Shown piece after piece: positions 54,445 through 54,780 of a stretch of 54,780 nucleotides of DNA; the stretch's first letter is position 1, and every line of letters starts with the position of its first letter. The DNA is from Candidatus Brocadiia bacterium. Its GTDB lineage: Bacteria > Planctomycetota > DG-23 > SLPQ01. The translations under genes and the position numbers were made by a program. The notes beneath the pieces were generated by a model. The model ran no database searches and was not told where the DNA came from. It was given only the letters and a program-made list of their open reading frames with translations. Location of the stretch: assembly GCA_007131925.1 (NCBI GenBank), contig SLPQ01000050.1:1-54780 (forward strand), read 5' to 3'.

Positions 54445-54780
54445 AAAGCCTGCGCGAGCGCACGATCTTCATGTAGATCACGACAAACACAAACACCACC
54501 GCGAAGAGAAGCCAAGCCATCGCGCAGGCGCCGCCCAAACCTCCAAAGGTCTGGAAGGCGCGCTTGAAAATGCGCGAGGTCATTACCTCCGTGGCGTTTC
54601 CGGGACCGCCGCGCGTCATGATGTAGATCTGTGTGAAGACCTGGAAGGACGTGATTACCAGCATCACCGACACGAAAACAAACGTGTTTCTCAGAAGCGG
54701 CATCGTTATATGCCAGAGCTTTCTCATACTGCCTGCGCCGTCCACCTCCGCCGCCTCATAAAACTCGCGCGGGATGTCCG
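54437..54780 (-). CDS. Carbohydrate ABC transporter permease (MalF/UgpA-like), C-terminal part; 5' end outside window
   Basis: The reading frame stays open to the window edge and reads ...DIPREFYEAAEVDGAGSMRKLWHITMPLLRN, which is the EAA motif. The ATG in the ORF track is therefore internal. Confidence 0.85.
   Translation of the reverse strand, partial: DIPREFYEAAEVDGAGSMRKLWHITMPLLRNTFVFVSVMLVITSFQVFTQIYIMTRGGPGNATEVMTSRIFKRAFQTFGGLGGACAMAWLLFAVVFVFVVIYMKIVRSRRLYE

Noticed and set aside
1-54780. Search for CRISPR arrays, IS or transposase genes, integrases, prophage genes, toxin-antitoxin pairs, tRNA, rRNA and tmRNA genes, and long tandem repeats.
   Set aside because: I recognised none in any intergenic region or ORF translation. 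The intergenic regions longer than 200 bp are 3466-4084, 12004-12224, 22552-23070, 26244-26673, 36121-36364, 39338-39741 and 50115-50457. They show only promoters, short palindromes and hairpins. This was a by-eye scan, so small or degenerate elements could have been missed.

Overview
GC-rich bacterial chromosomal segment. By eye I found no rRNA or tRNA genes, CRISPR arrays, IS elements or phage genes. It carries about 45 protein genes, most of them core metabolism:
- arginine: argC-GNAT-argJ and carA
- lysine and cell wall: dapF, lysA, alr
- gpmI, a class II nrdJ, a TldD/PmbA pair and an HDOD-GAF-GGDEF cyclase
- carbohydrate and envelope genes: GH4, a PQQ sugar dehydrogenase, a 1258-aa GH42-like protein, a 12-Asp-box lipoprotein, three GT-C-like membrane proteins and sugar ABC permeases

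Two coherent modules stand out.
1. A tetrapyrrole set (hemA, a precorrin-2 dehydrogenase-like gene, two siroheme-decarboxylase-like genes) points to siroheme-dependent haem synthesis. It is chained without intergenic space to lysA upstream and two GT-C genes downstream.
2. A sulfur neighbourhood holds Rrf2 regulator-DUF2061-APS reductase-siroheme sulfite reductase. About 5 kb away lies a COG1900-UPF0280(COG2122)-NIL/ferredoxin operon, the methanogen-type sulfide-dependent homocysteine route. That operon is preceded by a structured ~340-nt leader with a terminator-like hairpin.

Separately, an MFS-HEAT transporter gene is interrupted by one in-frame TGA.

I do not see a clear-cut new defence or mobile system. 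The homocysteine operon with its leader, and the haem/GT-C operon, are the best follow-up candidates. All functional calls come from motif recognition by eye on the supplied translations, not from database searches. Several starts were trimmed from the ORF track using conserved N-termini, SD-like sequences and 4-nt start/stop overlaps.
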